The translations under genes and the position numbers were made by a program. A DNA stretch of 24,018 nt from a virus (Duplodnaviria > Caudoviricetes): positions 1-24,018 of IMG/VR virus record IMGVR_UViG_3300020045_001321; one strand, given 5' to 3'. The notes beneath the pieces were generated by a model that was not told the DNA's origin, made no database searches, and saw only the letters and a program-made list of their open reading frames with translations. This document shows positions 6,786-16,567 of the stretch, one piece after another (the first letter of the stretch is position 1; each line of letters begins with the position of its first letter).

Positions 6786-7019
6786 ATGACAATGATACCG
6801 GGAGAGCTATACAGGTTTAGAATACCCATATTCGGACAGGTGCAAATAGTAGACTGTAAGAAATTTGGTATAACTGCATCGCCAAGCATAAGAAGGGGCC
6901 AGTATCAATATACCAAGTATTTTCATATATGCGCTTTTGGCTATGAGGTTAGAAGCTGGAAAACAGATTATCGAGGGTCTAATATGGATTGGTCTGTTGT
7001 GAGGAAGAGGAAAGAGTAG
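6786..7019 (+). CDS. Hypothetical basic protein, about 77 aa
   Basis: ATG 6786 after AAGGGGG (track start 6762); continues the gene tiling. Confidence 0.55.
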   Translation: MTMIPGELYRFRIPIFGQVQIVDCKKFGITASPSIRRGQYQYTKYFHICAFGYEVRSWKTDYRGSNMDWSVVRKRKE

Positions 7020-7024
7020 TGGGA

Positions 7025-7228
7025 ATGAACGTAGCTATAATTTGCAGGCCAATAGATCAGCACCACGAAGGTGGTTTTTATTGTTCTTGCTCTCCAAGAA
7101 TGTTTCGATTGCCTATTTCAGAAATAGATGCGGAAGATTATAAAAAAGCAGAGGATGATCATTCCTCTTTTGAGTATAAGAAACATCATGGTAATATTAC
7201 ATCCGGTTTTTATACGTTTAAAGTTTAA
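7025..7228 (+). CDS. Hypothetical protein, 67 aa, with HH...CSC.P motif
   Basis: ATG 7025 directly after the upstream stop, preceded by a purine-rich tract. Confidence 0.55.
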   Translation: MNVAIICRPIDQHHEGGFYCSCSPRMFRLPISEIDAEDYKKAEDDHSSFEYKKHHGNITSGFYTFKV

Positions 7229-7237
7229 GCAATGGGA

Positions 7238-7267
7238 TTGATTAAGCTGCGGGAGTTGTGGTAGTAT
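7238..7267 (+). promoter_or_regulatory. Putative promoter for the packaging genes
   Basis: TTGATT (7238-7243), 18 bp, TAGTAT (7262-7267) with extended TGTGn. Confidence 0.4.
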
Positions 7268-7297
7268 TATTGCAAATAGCAAATGGATGCAATTTTT

Positions 7298-7609
7298 ATG
7301 CCTTTTGAAAAAGGACAATCTGGAAATCCAAACGGAAAGGTTAAGGGAACGGTTAATAAAGATACCGCGCTATTTAAGCAGGCTTTAAACAACCTTCTGG
7401 AATCTGCCGCCCCTAACATGATTAACTGGCTGGAAATCATCGCGCAGGACAGCCCGGAAAAGGCGTTTGCGGTTCTTAAGGACTTTGCGGAATATATTCA
7501 TCCTAAGCTTGCCAGAACCGAGATGCAGCAACTCGACAAAGACGGAAATAAAGCCGATGCTGTTTTCAGAGTAGAAATTATTAAGGCTTCAAATAATGAA
7601 GATGTGTAG
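7298..7609 (+). CDS. terS: Terminase small subunit (DUF5681-type N-terminus)
   Basis: MPFEKGQSGNPNGK motif and YIHPKLARTE; lies upstream of terL. Start may be 7283 or 7298. Confidence 0.75.
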   Translation: MPFEKGQSGNPNGKVKGTVNKDTALFKQALNNLLESAAPNMINWLEIIAQDSPEKAFAVLKDFAEYIHPKLARTEMQQLDKDGNKADAVFRVEIIKASNNEDV

Positions 7610-8195
7610 GAATTGTTTATTAGAGAAATCTAATGAAGAGTTCAACAAGAAATCATCTACTAAAGATGGCCTGCGCGATTGGTGCAGGAAGTGTGATAAT
7701 GAATACGCCCGTATGTGGCGAAAAAACAATCCTAAAAAACATTCAGAAATTAACATGAGGTCTTACAAAAAGCTTTCGGCTAATCCAGAATGGTTAAAAG
7801 ATAGAAATGAATACGGTAGAAAAGCCCGTAAACTTAACTCTAAAAAATATAGAGAAACTGATAGAAAAAGACGGCTTAGAATTAAAGATACCGTTGAATA
7901 TAAACTCAGGGGCATCTGCTGCAATTTAAACAAAAGAGCCTTATCACCTCGTTGGAGTTCGAAGGTTCCATATTCATCCCAACAACTTAAACAGCGCATA
8001 GAAATGAATTTTAAACCGGGTATGAGCTGGGATAATTGGGGAGAATGGCATATTGACCACAAGAAGCCCGTAAAAAGATTTATAGATCAGGGAATTACTA
8101 ATCCAGCTTTAATTAATAGCTTGGCTAATTTGCAGCCGCTTTGGGCTAAAGATAATATATCAAAAGGGGCTAAGTTTGAGCGCAAAAGTCACTGA
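7596..8195 (+). CDS. Free-standing HNH endonuclease, probably homing
   Basis: N-terminal CRNC...CRKC zinc motif, basic helical linker, WHIDHKKP...NLQPLWAKDNISKG HNH core. AT-rich by eye and overlaps both neighbours. Confidence 0.85.
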   Translation: MKMCRNCLLEKSNEEFNKKSSTKDGLRDWCRKCDNEYARMWRKNNPKKHSEINMRSYKKLSANPEWLKDRNEYGRKARKLNSKKYRETDRKRRLRIKDTVEYKLRGICCNLNKRALSPRWSSKVPYSSQQLKQRIEMNFKPGMSWDNWGEWHIDHKKPVKRFIDQGITNPALINSLANLQPLWAKDNISKGAKFERKSH

Positions 8196-9468
8196 GGACT
8201 ATGCTTGCCTGTTTGATGAATCGCACCCCCACTACAAAACTAGAAATCTAGTGTGGTACGGCGGGCGTGGTTCTGGAAAGTCAGTAAGTGTTGCCAAGGG
8301 ATTGCTTGTTCGTGGAATGAAGAAAAAAGAATTCATTCTGTGCACCCGTGAATATCAAAACTCCATTGCTGATTCTGTAATCAAGACGCTGGCAGAAGAG
8401 GTCGGTAATCTTGGCCTTGATAATTTCTATGAGGTGCAGGCCAATAGAATTATTGGAAAGAACGGAACGGAGTTTATATTTAAAGGCATTAGAAATAATG
8501 TTCAGTCAATTAAATCAATTCCAAATCTAACCCTTATCTGGATTGAGGAGGGGCAAACTATTTCAGATAGATCGTATGAGGTTCTTATCCCTACGCTACG
8601 CGCACCCGGTTCTCAACTTGTCATCACGTTCAATCCAACCAATCCAACGGATTCAACCTATGTTCGTTTTGTGGCGACATCGAGCGATGACACGCACGCC
8701 ATTAAGGTAAATTACGATAAAAACCCGTGGTTCCCTGATGCATTACGCAAAGAAATGGAAAAGCTAAAGGCCGTAGACAATGAAGCTTATTTGCATATTT
8801 ATTGTGGGGAATTTGACACCCGGCGCTCCGGTGCTGTCTATGCCAAGCAAATCCACGCTGCAAGGCAGGATAGGCGGATTACTAAAGTCCCTTATGACCC
8901 AGCCTGCGAAGTATTCACGGCATGGGATCTAGGCTTTGGGGATTCTACCGCCATCTGGTGGCTACAATTCGTTGGCAGGGAATTGCGCTGGCTGGAATGT
9001 TATGAGAACGCTGGAGAGCAACTAGACCACTATGCAAGGATCGTCAAAGACCGTCCTTACAATTACCTCAAGGAAGGCCATTTCCTGCCCCATGATGGCG
9101 GTCATGGTAATATCAGGGGCGATAGCGTATCAAAACAACTAACCTCTCTAGGGCTTTCTAATACGGTTCTAACGAGGGAAACTGATATAACACCCGGCAT
9201 AGAGTTATTACGGCAAACGATAGCTTATTCCTGCTTTGATGAGGAAAAATGCAAGTCCGGTATTCAGGCCCTAGAAAACTATGGCTATGAATGGGATGAG
9301 GACAAACAGGTGTTTAAGGGTAAACCACGGCATGACTGGACATCGCACTATGCCGATGGCGCGAGATACGCAGCGATTGCTGCAGGTAAGATCAAAGCAG
9401 GCATTGGCGAAACTGGCCAAGCCGCCCCGGTTCACAAGTTCCGCATAAACAACGCATACATGGGCTAA
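8176..9468 (+). CDS. terL: Terminase large subunit (PBSX/headful type)
   Basis: GGRGSGKS Walker A, CTREYQNSI, WIEEGQ Walker B, PTLR, TFNP; nuclease AWDLGFGD...SHYADGARY. TTG start after AAGGGG. Confidence 0.95.
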   Translation: MSAKVTEDYACLFDESHPHYKTRNLVWYGGRGSGKSVSVAKGLLVRGMKKKEFILCTREYQNSIADSVIKTLAEEVGNLGLDNFYEVQANRIIGKNGTEFIFKGIRNNVQSIKSIPNLTLIWIEEGQTISDRSYEVLIPTLRAPGSQLVITFNPTNPTDSTYVRFVATSSDDTHAIKVNYDKNPWFPDALRKEMEKLKAVDNEAYLHIYCGEFDTRRSGAVYAKQIHAARQDRRITKVPYDPACEVFTAWDLGFGDSTAIWWLQFVGRELRWLECYENAGEQLDHYARIVKDRPYNYLKEGHFLPHDGGHGNIRGDSVSKQLTSLGLSNTVLTRETDITPGIELLRQTIAYSCFDEEKCKSGIQALENYGYEWDEDKQVFKGKPRHDWTSHYADGARYAAIAAGKIKAGIGETGQAAPVHKFRINNAYMG

Positions 9469-9489
9469 ACTACACCGTTTAGTTTAGTG

Positions 9490-9517
9490 TTGCATAAATA
9501 TTCCTTTGTGTTACTAT
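9490..9517 (+). promoter_or_regulatory. Putative promoter upstream of the portal gene
   Basis: TTGCAT (9490-9495), 16 bp, TACTAT (9512-9517) with extended TGTGn; preceded by inverted repeat CTAAACTA/TAGTTTAG (9465-9472/9480-9487). Confidence 0.45.
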
Positions 9518-9539
9518 TTCGACACACAAGGGGAACTTC

Positions 9540-11699
9540 TTGGCCGAAACTTCATCCGATGACGATAATTCAGACGATAACCTTCTCCATGAGGCGCTAG
9601 AAGCCTTTCAGGTTGACTGGGAATACTGGCAGCCTGAATATTTACGCATGGAAAGCGACATTGACTTTTCCCTCGGTGATCAATGGCCCGATGTGGTTAA
9701 GAACCAGCGCATGCTTGATGGCCGCCCCTGCCTGACAGAAAACCGGATTGACGTAAGCTGCATCCAAGTTGTTAATGATATCCGCCAGACGCGCCCCGCA
9801 ATTAACGTAACTCCTCAAGATGATACCGCAGACGTTGAAACGGCTAAGATCCTTAAGGGTATTGTCCGGAATATCGAGCAGCAATCGAATGCCAATAACG
9901 CCTATGATACTGCAGTCGAAAACTCAGTCCGGGGCGGCATCGGCTGGATTAGGGTTAATACCAAATACGTGGATGAAGCCAGTTTCGATCAGGATATTTG
10001 CATTGAAGCGGTGGAAAATCCGTTCTCTGTCCTATTAGATTCTGCTTCCCGCAAACTTGATGGCTCTGACGCTCGTAGAGCATTTGTCTTTGTTGATATG
10101 CCTAAAGATACATTTGAAGCCCTATATCCTGATGCCGCGCCCCTGTCATTCGATCCAGACTTAGAACAGAAAAACTGGTATTCCCGGTCAAGCAATATTG
10201 TCCGGGTGGCTGAGTATTTCTATAAAGACGAAAAGAAAACCAAGCTTTACAATACCTCTGTCGGGGCCTTGACTGCGGAACAATGCAAAGAGCTAGGCAT
10301 TCCAACTGAGGGATTGCCGGAGCGTGAATCCACGGTAACGACAATCAAATGGTGCAAATTTAACGCTCAAGAGATACTGGAAAAAACAGAATGGGTTGGG
10401 AAGTATATCCCGATAGTTCCGGTATATGGCAAGGTTGTATGGTCTGAGGGTAGACGCAAGTCATTTAGCCTGACTTACCAAGGCCGTGATCCGCAGATGC
10501 GGTACAATATCCAGTTGACGGCTGAAACTGAGTGGACGGCCATGCAGCCGAAAGCCCCGTGGGTTGCGTATGACGATCAATTAACGCCAGCACAGGCTGA
10601 GCAATTCTCGCAAAGCAACGTCAAGAACTTTGCCGTTCTGTACCACAAAAAAACATACGACAAGAACGACAAACTATTACCACCTCCACAAAGACAACCA
10701 CCTCCGTCCGGCTCGCCCGCACTGATGCAGCAGTCACAGATGGCGAAAGACGGTATTCAGGCCACACTCGGCATATTCGATGCAAGCCTAGGCGCTGCGG
10801 GGAATGAAACCTCAGGCCGCGCAATTATGGCCCGTCAGTCAGAGGGCGATAACGCAACCTTCCACTTTGTTGATAATCTGGCAACCTCTATCAGGCAAGT
10901 CGGGATTATCAACGTGGACCTGATTCCCAAGGTCATTTCCACCCGCCAAGCGGCCCGGATCTTAGGCGATGATAATGAGCCTTCGATGGTGCCGTTAAAC
11001 CAGCCTGTGATCCAGCGTGGCAAGAAATGGGTTGCCGATCCAATGGGTGACAAGGTTATCAAGCTTGACGCTGGTAAGTATGACGTTTCGGTTTCAATCG
11101 GCCCGTCATTCGCCACCAAGCGCATTGAAATGACCCAGACCATGACTGAGCTTTTCCGCGCTATGCCGGAAATGATGAAGTACGCTGGCGATATTTACTT
11201 CCGCAATTCTGACTTTGACGGCGCTCAAGAGCTTGCAGAGCGGGCTAAAATGCTCTTACCGCCTGAATTGAAAGAGGATAAGCCAGAACAAGCGCTACTT
11301 AAAAAGGCTCAAGATCAAATACAAGCAATGGGCCAACAGTTACAGCAACTCGATGCCAAGCTGAAAGAAAAACAAGACAACCAAGCTTTCTCCAATGACC
11401 TGGAAATGAGAAAGCTAGACCTACAAAGAGATATTGATAATCAAAAGCTTGAACTAGAACGAGATAGGCTGAAACTTGAGACACTTAAGGCGCAAGGCGA
11501 CATGACGCCTGAGCAAACCAACGCTATGCTCGCAGCGATTACAGATATGCACGATAACTTGATGGATGTGGGACAAGCGGTAGACGCTTTAATCACAGCC
11601 AAAGAGCAAGAAATTCAAGCCCAGCAAATGGGTATGAATCCTGAAACTTCCGCGCAGGAACCAGCGGTTGAAATTCCTCAGGGAGCTATGCTAGAATGA
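9540..11699 (+). CDS. P22-like portal protein
   Basis: GDQWP, RPCLTENRI, GGIGWIRV, YIPIVPVYG, DPQMRYN, SGRAIMARQ, GKYDV...GPSFATKR and a C-terminal coiled-coil barrel. TTG start after AAGGGGA. Confidence 0.95.
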   Translation: MAETSSDDDNSDDNLLHEALEAFQVDWEYWQPEYLRMESDIDFSLGDQWPDVVKNQRMLDGRPCLTENRIDVSCIQVVNDIRQTRPAINVTPQDDTADVETAKILKGIVRNIEQQSNANNAYDTAVENSVRGGIGWIRVNTKYVDEASFDQDICIEAVENPFSVLLDSASRKLDGSDARRAFVFVDMPKDTFEALYPDAAPLSFDPDLEQKNWYSRSSNIVRVAEYFYKDEKKTKLYNTSVGALTAEQCKELGIPTEGLPERESTVTTIKWCKFNAQEILEKTEWVGKYIPIVPVYGKVVWSEGRRKSFSLTYQGRDPQMRYNIQLTAETEWTAMQPKAPWVAYDDQLTPAQAEQFSQSNVKNFAVLYHKKTYDKNDKLLPPPQRQPPPSGSPALMQQSQMAKDGIQATLGIFDASLGAAGNETSGRAIMARQSEGDNATFHFVDNLATSIRQVGIINVDLIPKVISTRQAARILGDDNEPSMVPLNQPVIQRGKKWVADPMGDKVIKLDAGKYDVSVSIGPSFATKRIEMTQTMTELFRAMPEMMKYAGDIYFRNSDFDGAQELAERAKMLLPPELKEDKPEQALLKKAQDQIQAMGQQLQQLDAKLKEKQDNQAFSNDLEMRKLDLQRDIDNQKLELERDRLKLETLKAQGDMTPEQTNAMLAAITDMHDNLMDVGQAVDALITAKEQEIQAQQMGMNPETSAQEPAVEIPQGAMLE

Positions 11700-12574
11700 C
11701 CACAGACAGTGCTGTAACAACAGCAACGCAAGTCGCCACCACGGCGCAAGAACCTTCTAACCCGGTCACAGAAGTAAACACAGACACCGAGGCCCCTGCT
11801 AGTACAGAGGGCGAAGTTGCAAAGGCAGAACCAACCGAAGCCGAGAAAGCGCGAAGAGCTTTTGAGAAACGGATTGCCCGCCAAACCGCAGCGAATAGAG
11901 AATCACAACGTCAGTTGCAAGAGGCCAGAAACCGCATTGTCGAGCTTGAAAAAGCCACAGCAAAAGCAGATCCCCTCGCAGATAAACCAAGCCCTGATAA
12001 TTTTGAAGATCACGAAGCTTACACCGATGCTTTAGCTGACTGGAAACTAGAACAGAAAGAAAAAGCAAAGGCGGAAAAGGCTAAAGAGCCTGATGTAGAT
12101 CAGCTTGTTGACCAGAAGCTTAAACAAAAAGAGATGGAAACATCGTTTAAGGCCAAGGAAGATGAGTTTCGCAAAGCCACACCTGACTATGATAAAGCGA
12201 CTGACGTAGTTAACGGGTTACTTGCCCACGTTAATCCTAATCATCCGGCAACGCAGGCTTTTGCGACTGAACTGCTCAATGCTCCTAATCCCCCGGCTCT
12301 CGTGCATTACTTAGGGACGCATCCTCAAGAGGCTATTGCCATGATGAAGATGTCGCCTGCGGAAATTCAAGATCAAATTGGCGTGATTATCGACAAACTG
12401 GCTGACGTACAAACAAACACCCAAGCGGCTGTCGCAGACGGTGAAACAATTGTGCCCAAGGCTGCTTTGCCTGCGCCTCCTACCGCATTAACTGGTGCGA
12501 CTCGTGTCAACAAGTCACCCGATCAAATGACAGGGAAAGAGTTGCTAGCCAAATACATGCCAAAAGGCCGTTAA
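11696..12574 (+). CDS. Capsid scaffolding protein
   Basis: Between portal and coat; acidic and coiled-coil, P..DNFEDHEAY..ALADW motif, Pro-rich C-terminal segment. Confidence 0.85.
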   Translation: MTTDSAVTTATQVATTAQEPSNPVTEVNTDTEAPASTEGEVAKAEPTEAEKARRAFEKRIARQTAANRESQRQLQEARNRIVELEKATAKADPLADKPSPDNFEDHEAYTDALADWKLEQKEKAKAEKAKEPDVDQLVDQKLKQKEMETSFKAKEDEFRKATPDYDKATDVVNGLLAHVNPNHPATQAFATELLNAPNPPALVHYLGTHPQEAIAMMKMSPAEIQDQIGVIIDKLADVQTNTQAAVADGETIVPKAALPAPPTALTGATRVNKSPDQMTGKELLAKYMPKGR

Positions 12575-12591
12575 TCTAACGGAGTTAGCAA

Positions 12592-13842
12592 ATGGCTAAT
12601 ACTATTAACACCCTTAAGAACGCACCCGGCGCGATCAGTAAAATGGCCGCCCAAATGCTGGAGGACAAGGTGCAGTTCTCCAAAACTATCGACATGGAGC
12701 CTTCAACTTCATGGCGTGGCCGTGATGGTTACGAAACTGGCGATACAATCCAGATTTCCAAACCAGCACGTTTCACAGTTGGCACAAACGCTGACATCAC
12801 TTCCGCTATTCAAGCTGTTACGGAACAAAAAGTTTCGATGGCTCTGGATATTCGGAAAGTTGTTGCGATTGAACTGACATCGGCTGAGATCGCCACTGAC
12901 TTGGCACTTGCTGACTGGACAAAGCGTATCCTTGATCCGGCTGTTTCTGCTATGGCTCAATACATCGAGCAAGAGCATCTGGCCCGCGCTAAACTGGCTA
13001 CATTCAACTCTGTCGGTACGGCTGGCTCGACTGTATTCGATATGGATACAATCTTGGCTGCTGGTCAGAAGATTGATGAAAACGCCTGCCCGGATCTGGA
13101 CAATCGTTATGTTCTGCTCAACCCTGCTGCTCAACGTTCTGCTGTTAATGCCAACAAAGGTCTTTTCCAGCAATCAACGGAAATCGGTCAGCAGTACGTT
13201 AAGGGCCGTATGGGTCGTGGTATGGGCTTTGACTTCCTCTCTAACAACCTATTGCCTGTTCAAACGAACGGTAACGATGTTGTGTTTGAGGTTCGTACAA
13301 CTGTTGCGGTTGAAGGCCAAGTTACTCTGGTAGTAGAAGCCCTGACAGCGAACACGGGCACAGTCACAGCCGGAACGGTTCTCACCATTGCTGGTGTTAA
13401 TGCGGTTCACCCAATCACGAAAGCCGACCTTGGCTATCTGGCTCAGTGGGTTGTTCAATCGTCTGTAACGGCTGATGCTTCTGGTTATGCAACGCTTACT
13501 CTGGCGGGCGCTGGCGGTGGTTTCTATACCTCTGCTTCTGGCTCACTCCAGAACATCACAGCCTTCCCAGTTGATGGTGCTGCGATTACTCCAGTGGGTG
13601 CTGCTAGCTCTACCCTGACGCAAAACCTCGGTTATCATAAGTCTGCTTACCGCATGGCTTCTGTACCGCTGGTAATGCCTGATGGTCTAGACATGGCTTC
13701 TCAGTCAACATCTGACGGTGGTTTTACAATCCGCGTACTGCGTGATTATACGATCCTGACAGATAAACTGGTGATGCGTCTGGATTATCTGGGTGGCTTT
13801 GCTGCGACACGTCCTGAATGGGGTTGCCGTATTACTGCGTAA
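12592..13842 (+). CDS. Major capsid protein, P22 gp5 family
   Basis: MANT..., GDTIQISKPARF, RILDPA, insertion domain with GTVLTIAGV, C-terminal RLDYLGGFAATRPEW. RBS GGAG. Confidence 0.93.
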   Translation: MANTINTLKNAPGAISKMAAQMLEDKVQFSKTIDMEPSTSWRGRDGYETGDTIQISKPARFTVGTNADITSAIQAVTEQKVSMALDIRKVVAIELTSAEIATDLALADWTKRILDPAVSAMAQYIEQEHLARAKLATFNSVGTAGSTVFDMDTILAAGQKIDENACPDLDNRYVLLNPAAQRSAVNANKGLFQQSTEIGQQYVKGRMGRGMGFDFLSNNLLPVQTNGNDVVFEVRTTVAVEGQVTLVVEALTANTGTVTAGTVLTIAGVNAVHPITKADLGYLAQWVVQSSVTADASGYATLTLAGAGGGFYTSASGSLQNITAFPVDGAAITPVGAASSTLTQNLGYHKSAYRMASVPLVMPDGLDMASQSTSDGGFTIRVLRDYTILTDKLVMRLDYLGGFAATRPEWGCRITA

Positions 13843-13847
13843 GTGTT

Positions 13848-13879
13848 TGGGGTGGTGTAAAAGCCACCCCATCACCTTT
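13848..13879 (+). terminator. GC-rich hairpin after the coat gene (weak terminator or mRNA stabiliser)
   Basis: TGGGGTGG (13848-13855)/CCACCCCA (13864-13871); poor U-tract. Confidence 0.5.
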
Positions 13880-13899
13880 CACAATTTAAGGAGATTAAA

Positions 13900-14223
13900 A
13901 TGTCAGCAGGCATTGATGCAGGAAACGTGTTTTCAACAACCGTTATCCGTCAAACACTAACACCAGCGGCGGTCTTGACGATTACCGCTGTTGAACAAAC
14001 CTTCACAGTTCCGGGAATTAAAGTAGGCGATCATGTTGTCGTTTGCCCTCCGGGTACAACGTCAGGCGTCATCCAAGGGGCCGCTAGAGCTTCTGCGGCT
14101 GATACCATTGCTATCCAGTATGTAAACCCTACGGTTGGCAGCGTTACGCCACTTGCGGGCGCTCATACAATTCTGGTGACACGTTTCGATGGTACAACAC
14201 CAGCCGCTCGTGTGCTTTCTTAA
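13900..14223 (+). CDS. Probable capsid decoration/cement protein
   Basis: 107 aa beta-rich protein (EQTFTVPGIKVGD), strong RBS AAGGAG, immediately after the coat gene. Confidence 0.65.
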   Translation: MSAGIDAGNVFSTTVIRQTLTPAAVLTITAVEQTFTVPGIKVGDHVVVCPPGTTSGVIQGAARASAADTIAIQYVNPTVGSVTPLAGAHTILVTRFDGTTPAARVLS

Positions 14224-14229
14224 CATCTT

Positions 14230-14262
14230 AACCTCGATCCCTAACGGGGTCGGGGTTTCTTT
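14230..14262 (+). terminator. Rho-independent terminator
   Basis: AACCTCGATCCC-TAAC-GGGGTCGGGGTT stem-loop followed by TCTTT. Confidence 0.7.
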
Positions 14263-14277
14263 AACCAAGGATAAAAA

Positions 14278-14433
14278 ATGATTACTCTGACAAAAGACGG
14301 TGCTGTAAAGTTTCTTGATGCTGGTAGCTCTTTGCTTCCAAAGCTGAAAGCCGCTGGTTGGAAGGCTGAGGGTGAGCCTGAACCAGAAGACGCCCCAAAG
14401 AAGCGTGGCCCTAAACCTAAGGTACAAGAATGA
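14278..14433 (+). CDS. Small protein, 51 aa, with basic KKRGPKPK tail
   Basis: Translated by hand: MITLTKDGAVKFLDAGSSLLPKLKAAGWKAEGEPEPEDAPKKRGPKPKVQE. RBS AAGGA and ATGA overlap with the next gene. Confidence 0.75.
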   Translation: MITLTKDGAVKFLDAGSSLLPKLKAAGWKAEGEPEPEDAPKKRGPKPKVQE

Positions 14434-15149
14434 CCACAACCCGCGATTTAATCCGTCAAGCCCTTAGCTCTATCTCTGTCATAGGCGCTGGGGAAAACAT
14501 GACCGCAGAGGATGCAAACGATACCTTGCGTCTTTTAAATCAAATGCTCTCAAGCTGGTCTGCCGATGGCGCGGTGATCTTTAACCGTTCTGTTGATACC
14601 AAAGTATTATCCGCAGGCGTTTCCACATACACTATGGGGCCTAGTGGTGATATCAACACGACACGCCCTGTCGGCATTTCTCAGGCCACGATTACACTCA
14701 GCCAAATCGTAACGCCTGTAAACATCTGGTCACAGAATACCTATTCCGTTTTGTCATTCCCGACATTACAAGGCCCAGTGCCAACGGATATGTTTGTCAA
14801 TAACGGGGTGCCGTTACTAACGCTGCAGCTTTATCCTGTCCCGTCAAGCGCCACAACACTGACAATCTACAGCATGAAGCCTCTGGACACCCTGACACTT
14901 GATACAACCTTAGCTTTACCCCCCGGCTACGAAGCCGCTCTGTGGTCAAACCTTGCTATCTATGCCGCACCTTTCTATGAGCGCGAAGCAACTAAGTCTA
15001 TCAGGGAAATAGCGTCCACAACCCTTTCCACGGTTAAGGCGAATAATCTCCAATACAACCAAGCACCTATGATGGCCGATCTCGCATGGGATGTACGCTT
15101 TACGAATAACGGCAATACATGGGGCTATAATATCTACGGTGGCCAATAA
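14430..15149 (+). CDS. Head-to-tail adaptor (P22 gp4-like position and N-terminus)
   Basis: MTTTRDLIRQAL..I.VIGAGE...LNQMLSSW and LPPGYEAALWSNLA; synteny. Confidence 0.75.
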   Translation: MTTTRDLIRQALSSISVIGAGENMTAEDANDTLRLLNQMLSSWSADGAVIFNRSVDTKVLSAGVSTYTMGPSGDINTTRPVGISQATITLSQIVTPVNIWSQNTYSVLSFPTLQGPVPTDMFVNNGVPLLTLQLYPVPSSATTLTIYSMKPLDTLTLDTTLALPPGYEAALWSNLAIYAAPFYEREATKSIREIASTTLSTVKANNLQYNQAPMMADLAWDVRFTNNGNTWGYNIYGGQ

Positions 15150-16567
15150 TGATTGTTCCCGGTTTTGTAGGCCCCACCTACCAAATGGATGCGAAGTCAT
15201 TCGATTGTCAAAGGTCAGTTAACCTATTCCCTATTATGTCAGAAGTTGGCACGAGTAAATCAGTCGTTGCCCTTCGTATTACGGCTGGATTGGATGAAGT
15301 TGCGACTGTAGGCGGTGGCCCTGTTAGGGCCTGTATCGAGGCCGATGGGCGTAGCTTCTGGGTATCTGGCTCGACATTGTATGAATATACAGGTGGTGTC
15401 GTAACGTCTCGCGGTACACTATTAACCGCTACATCACGTTGCACAATCAATTACAACGGGACGCAGATTTTTATTGTTGACGGCATTTATGGCTATATTT
15501 TCGATCTTGCCGGGAATACTTTTAATCAAATCGTTGCCGCTGGCTTTCCGATGCCTGCGGTATTCGGTGCCTACCAGAATAACTACTTCATCGCTGTCAA
15601 AGGCGGTACGGCAGAATTCTACATTTCTGCAATCGGTGACGGTACAAGCTGGGATGTATTAGACTTCACGAATGTAGGATCTAGCCCTGACGATCTGGTA
15701 GGGGCTATATCAGACGGTTCTAATCTATGGCTGCTCGGCCTGACTTCCGTTGAAGTGTACCAAGAAACCGGATCTTCTGGTTTCCCATTTGAGCCTATTC
15801 CAGGGGCGGTTATTCAGTCTGGATGTGCGGCCCCCCATACGGCGATTATCTTTGATAACGCCCTGACGTGGATGGGTCAGGATGATCGAGGCGGTGCGAT
15901 TGTCTGGCGAGCCAACGGCTACTCAGCAACGCGCATTTCCACGCAAGCGATTGAGCGCAAAATAGCGGAATCATCCAATCCTGTGGAAAGTTACGCTTAT
16001 ACATATTACGAGCAAGGCCACGCATTCTATTGCCTGCAAGTCAAGGGTCTTGATACTACGCTGTGTTCTGACGCTGCTACGAATTATATGTGGCATGAGA
16101 AGTCATACCGTAATCCTGTCACAAATATGGATGAACAGCATCGCGCTTCGTGTCACCTGTATTTCAATAATGTTAATTTGGTGGGAGATAGAGAGCTAGG
16201 TATTATTTATAATCAATCTCTTGATATTTATTCTGACAACGGCGAAGAAATAATCCGGGTTAGAATTTCACCCCATATTCAGGATGAAAAACGCCTGATT
16301 TCTTTTGGGTCGTTTGAACTTGATATTGAGCCGGGACGCGCTTTGCAATCCGGTCAGGGTTCAGATCCGCAAATGATGATGCGTTATTCTAACGATGGCG
16401 GGTTTACATGGTCTGATGAAAGATGGGTAAGTACTGGCAAGGTTGGCCGCCACCGTACCCGGGCACGTTGGACACGCTGCGGGATGGCTTCTGATAGGGT
16501 TTGGTGGGTAGCATTCTCAGATCCTGTATTTACGCAAATAAACGAGGCGTTTATAAACAATGTCTAG
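15149..16567 (+). CDS. Packaged-DNA stabilisation protein / tail hub (P22 gp10-like)
   Basis: 472 aa beta-rich; SSPDDLV, RISTQAIE, Y.EQGHAFY, YSNDGGFTWS...GKVG...RARW.R.G. Confidence 0.88.
   Translation: MIVPGFVGPTYQMDAKSFDCQRSVNLFPIMSEVGTSKSVVALRITAGLDEVATVGGGPVRACIEADGRSFWVSGSTLYEYTGGVVTSRGTLLTATSRCTINYNGTQIFIVDGIYGYIFDLAGNTFNQIVAAGFPMPAVFGAYQNNYFIAVKGGTAEFYISAIGDGTSWDVLDFTNVGSSPDDLVGAISDGSNLWLLGLTSVEVYQETGSSGFPFEPIPGAVIQSGCAAPHTAIIFDNALTWMGQDDRGGAIVWRANGYSATRISTQAIERKIAESSNPVESYAYTYYEQGHAFYCLQVKGLDTTLCSDAATNYMWHEKSYRNPVTNMDEQHRASCHLYFNNVNLVGDRELGIIYNQSLDIYSDNGEEIIRVRISPHIQDEKRLISFGSFELDIEPGRALQSGQGSDPQMMMRYSNDGGFTWSDERWVSTGKVGRHRTRARWTRCGMASDRVWWVAFSDPVFTQINEAFINNV

Noticed and set aside
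13820-13900. Coat read-through or frameshift into the decoration gene
   Set aside because: TAA stop, no slippery heptamer seen, and the downstream gene has its own strong RBS.
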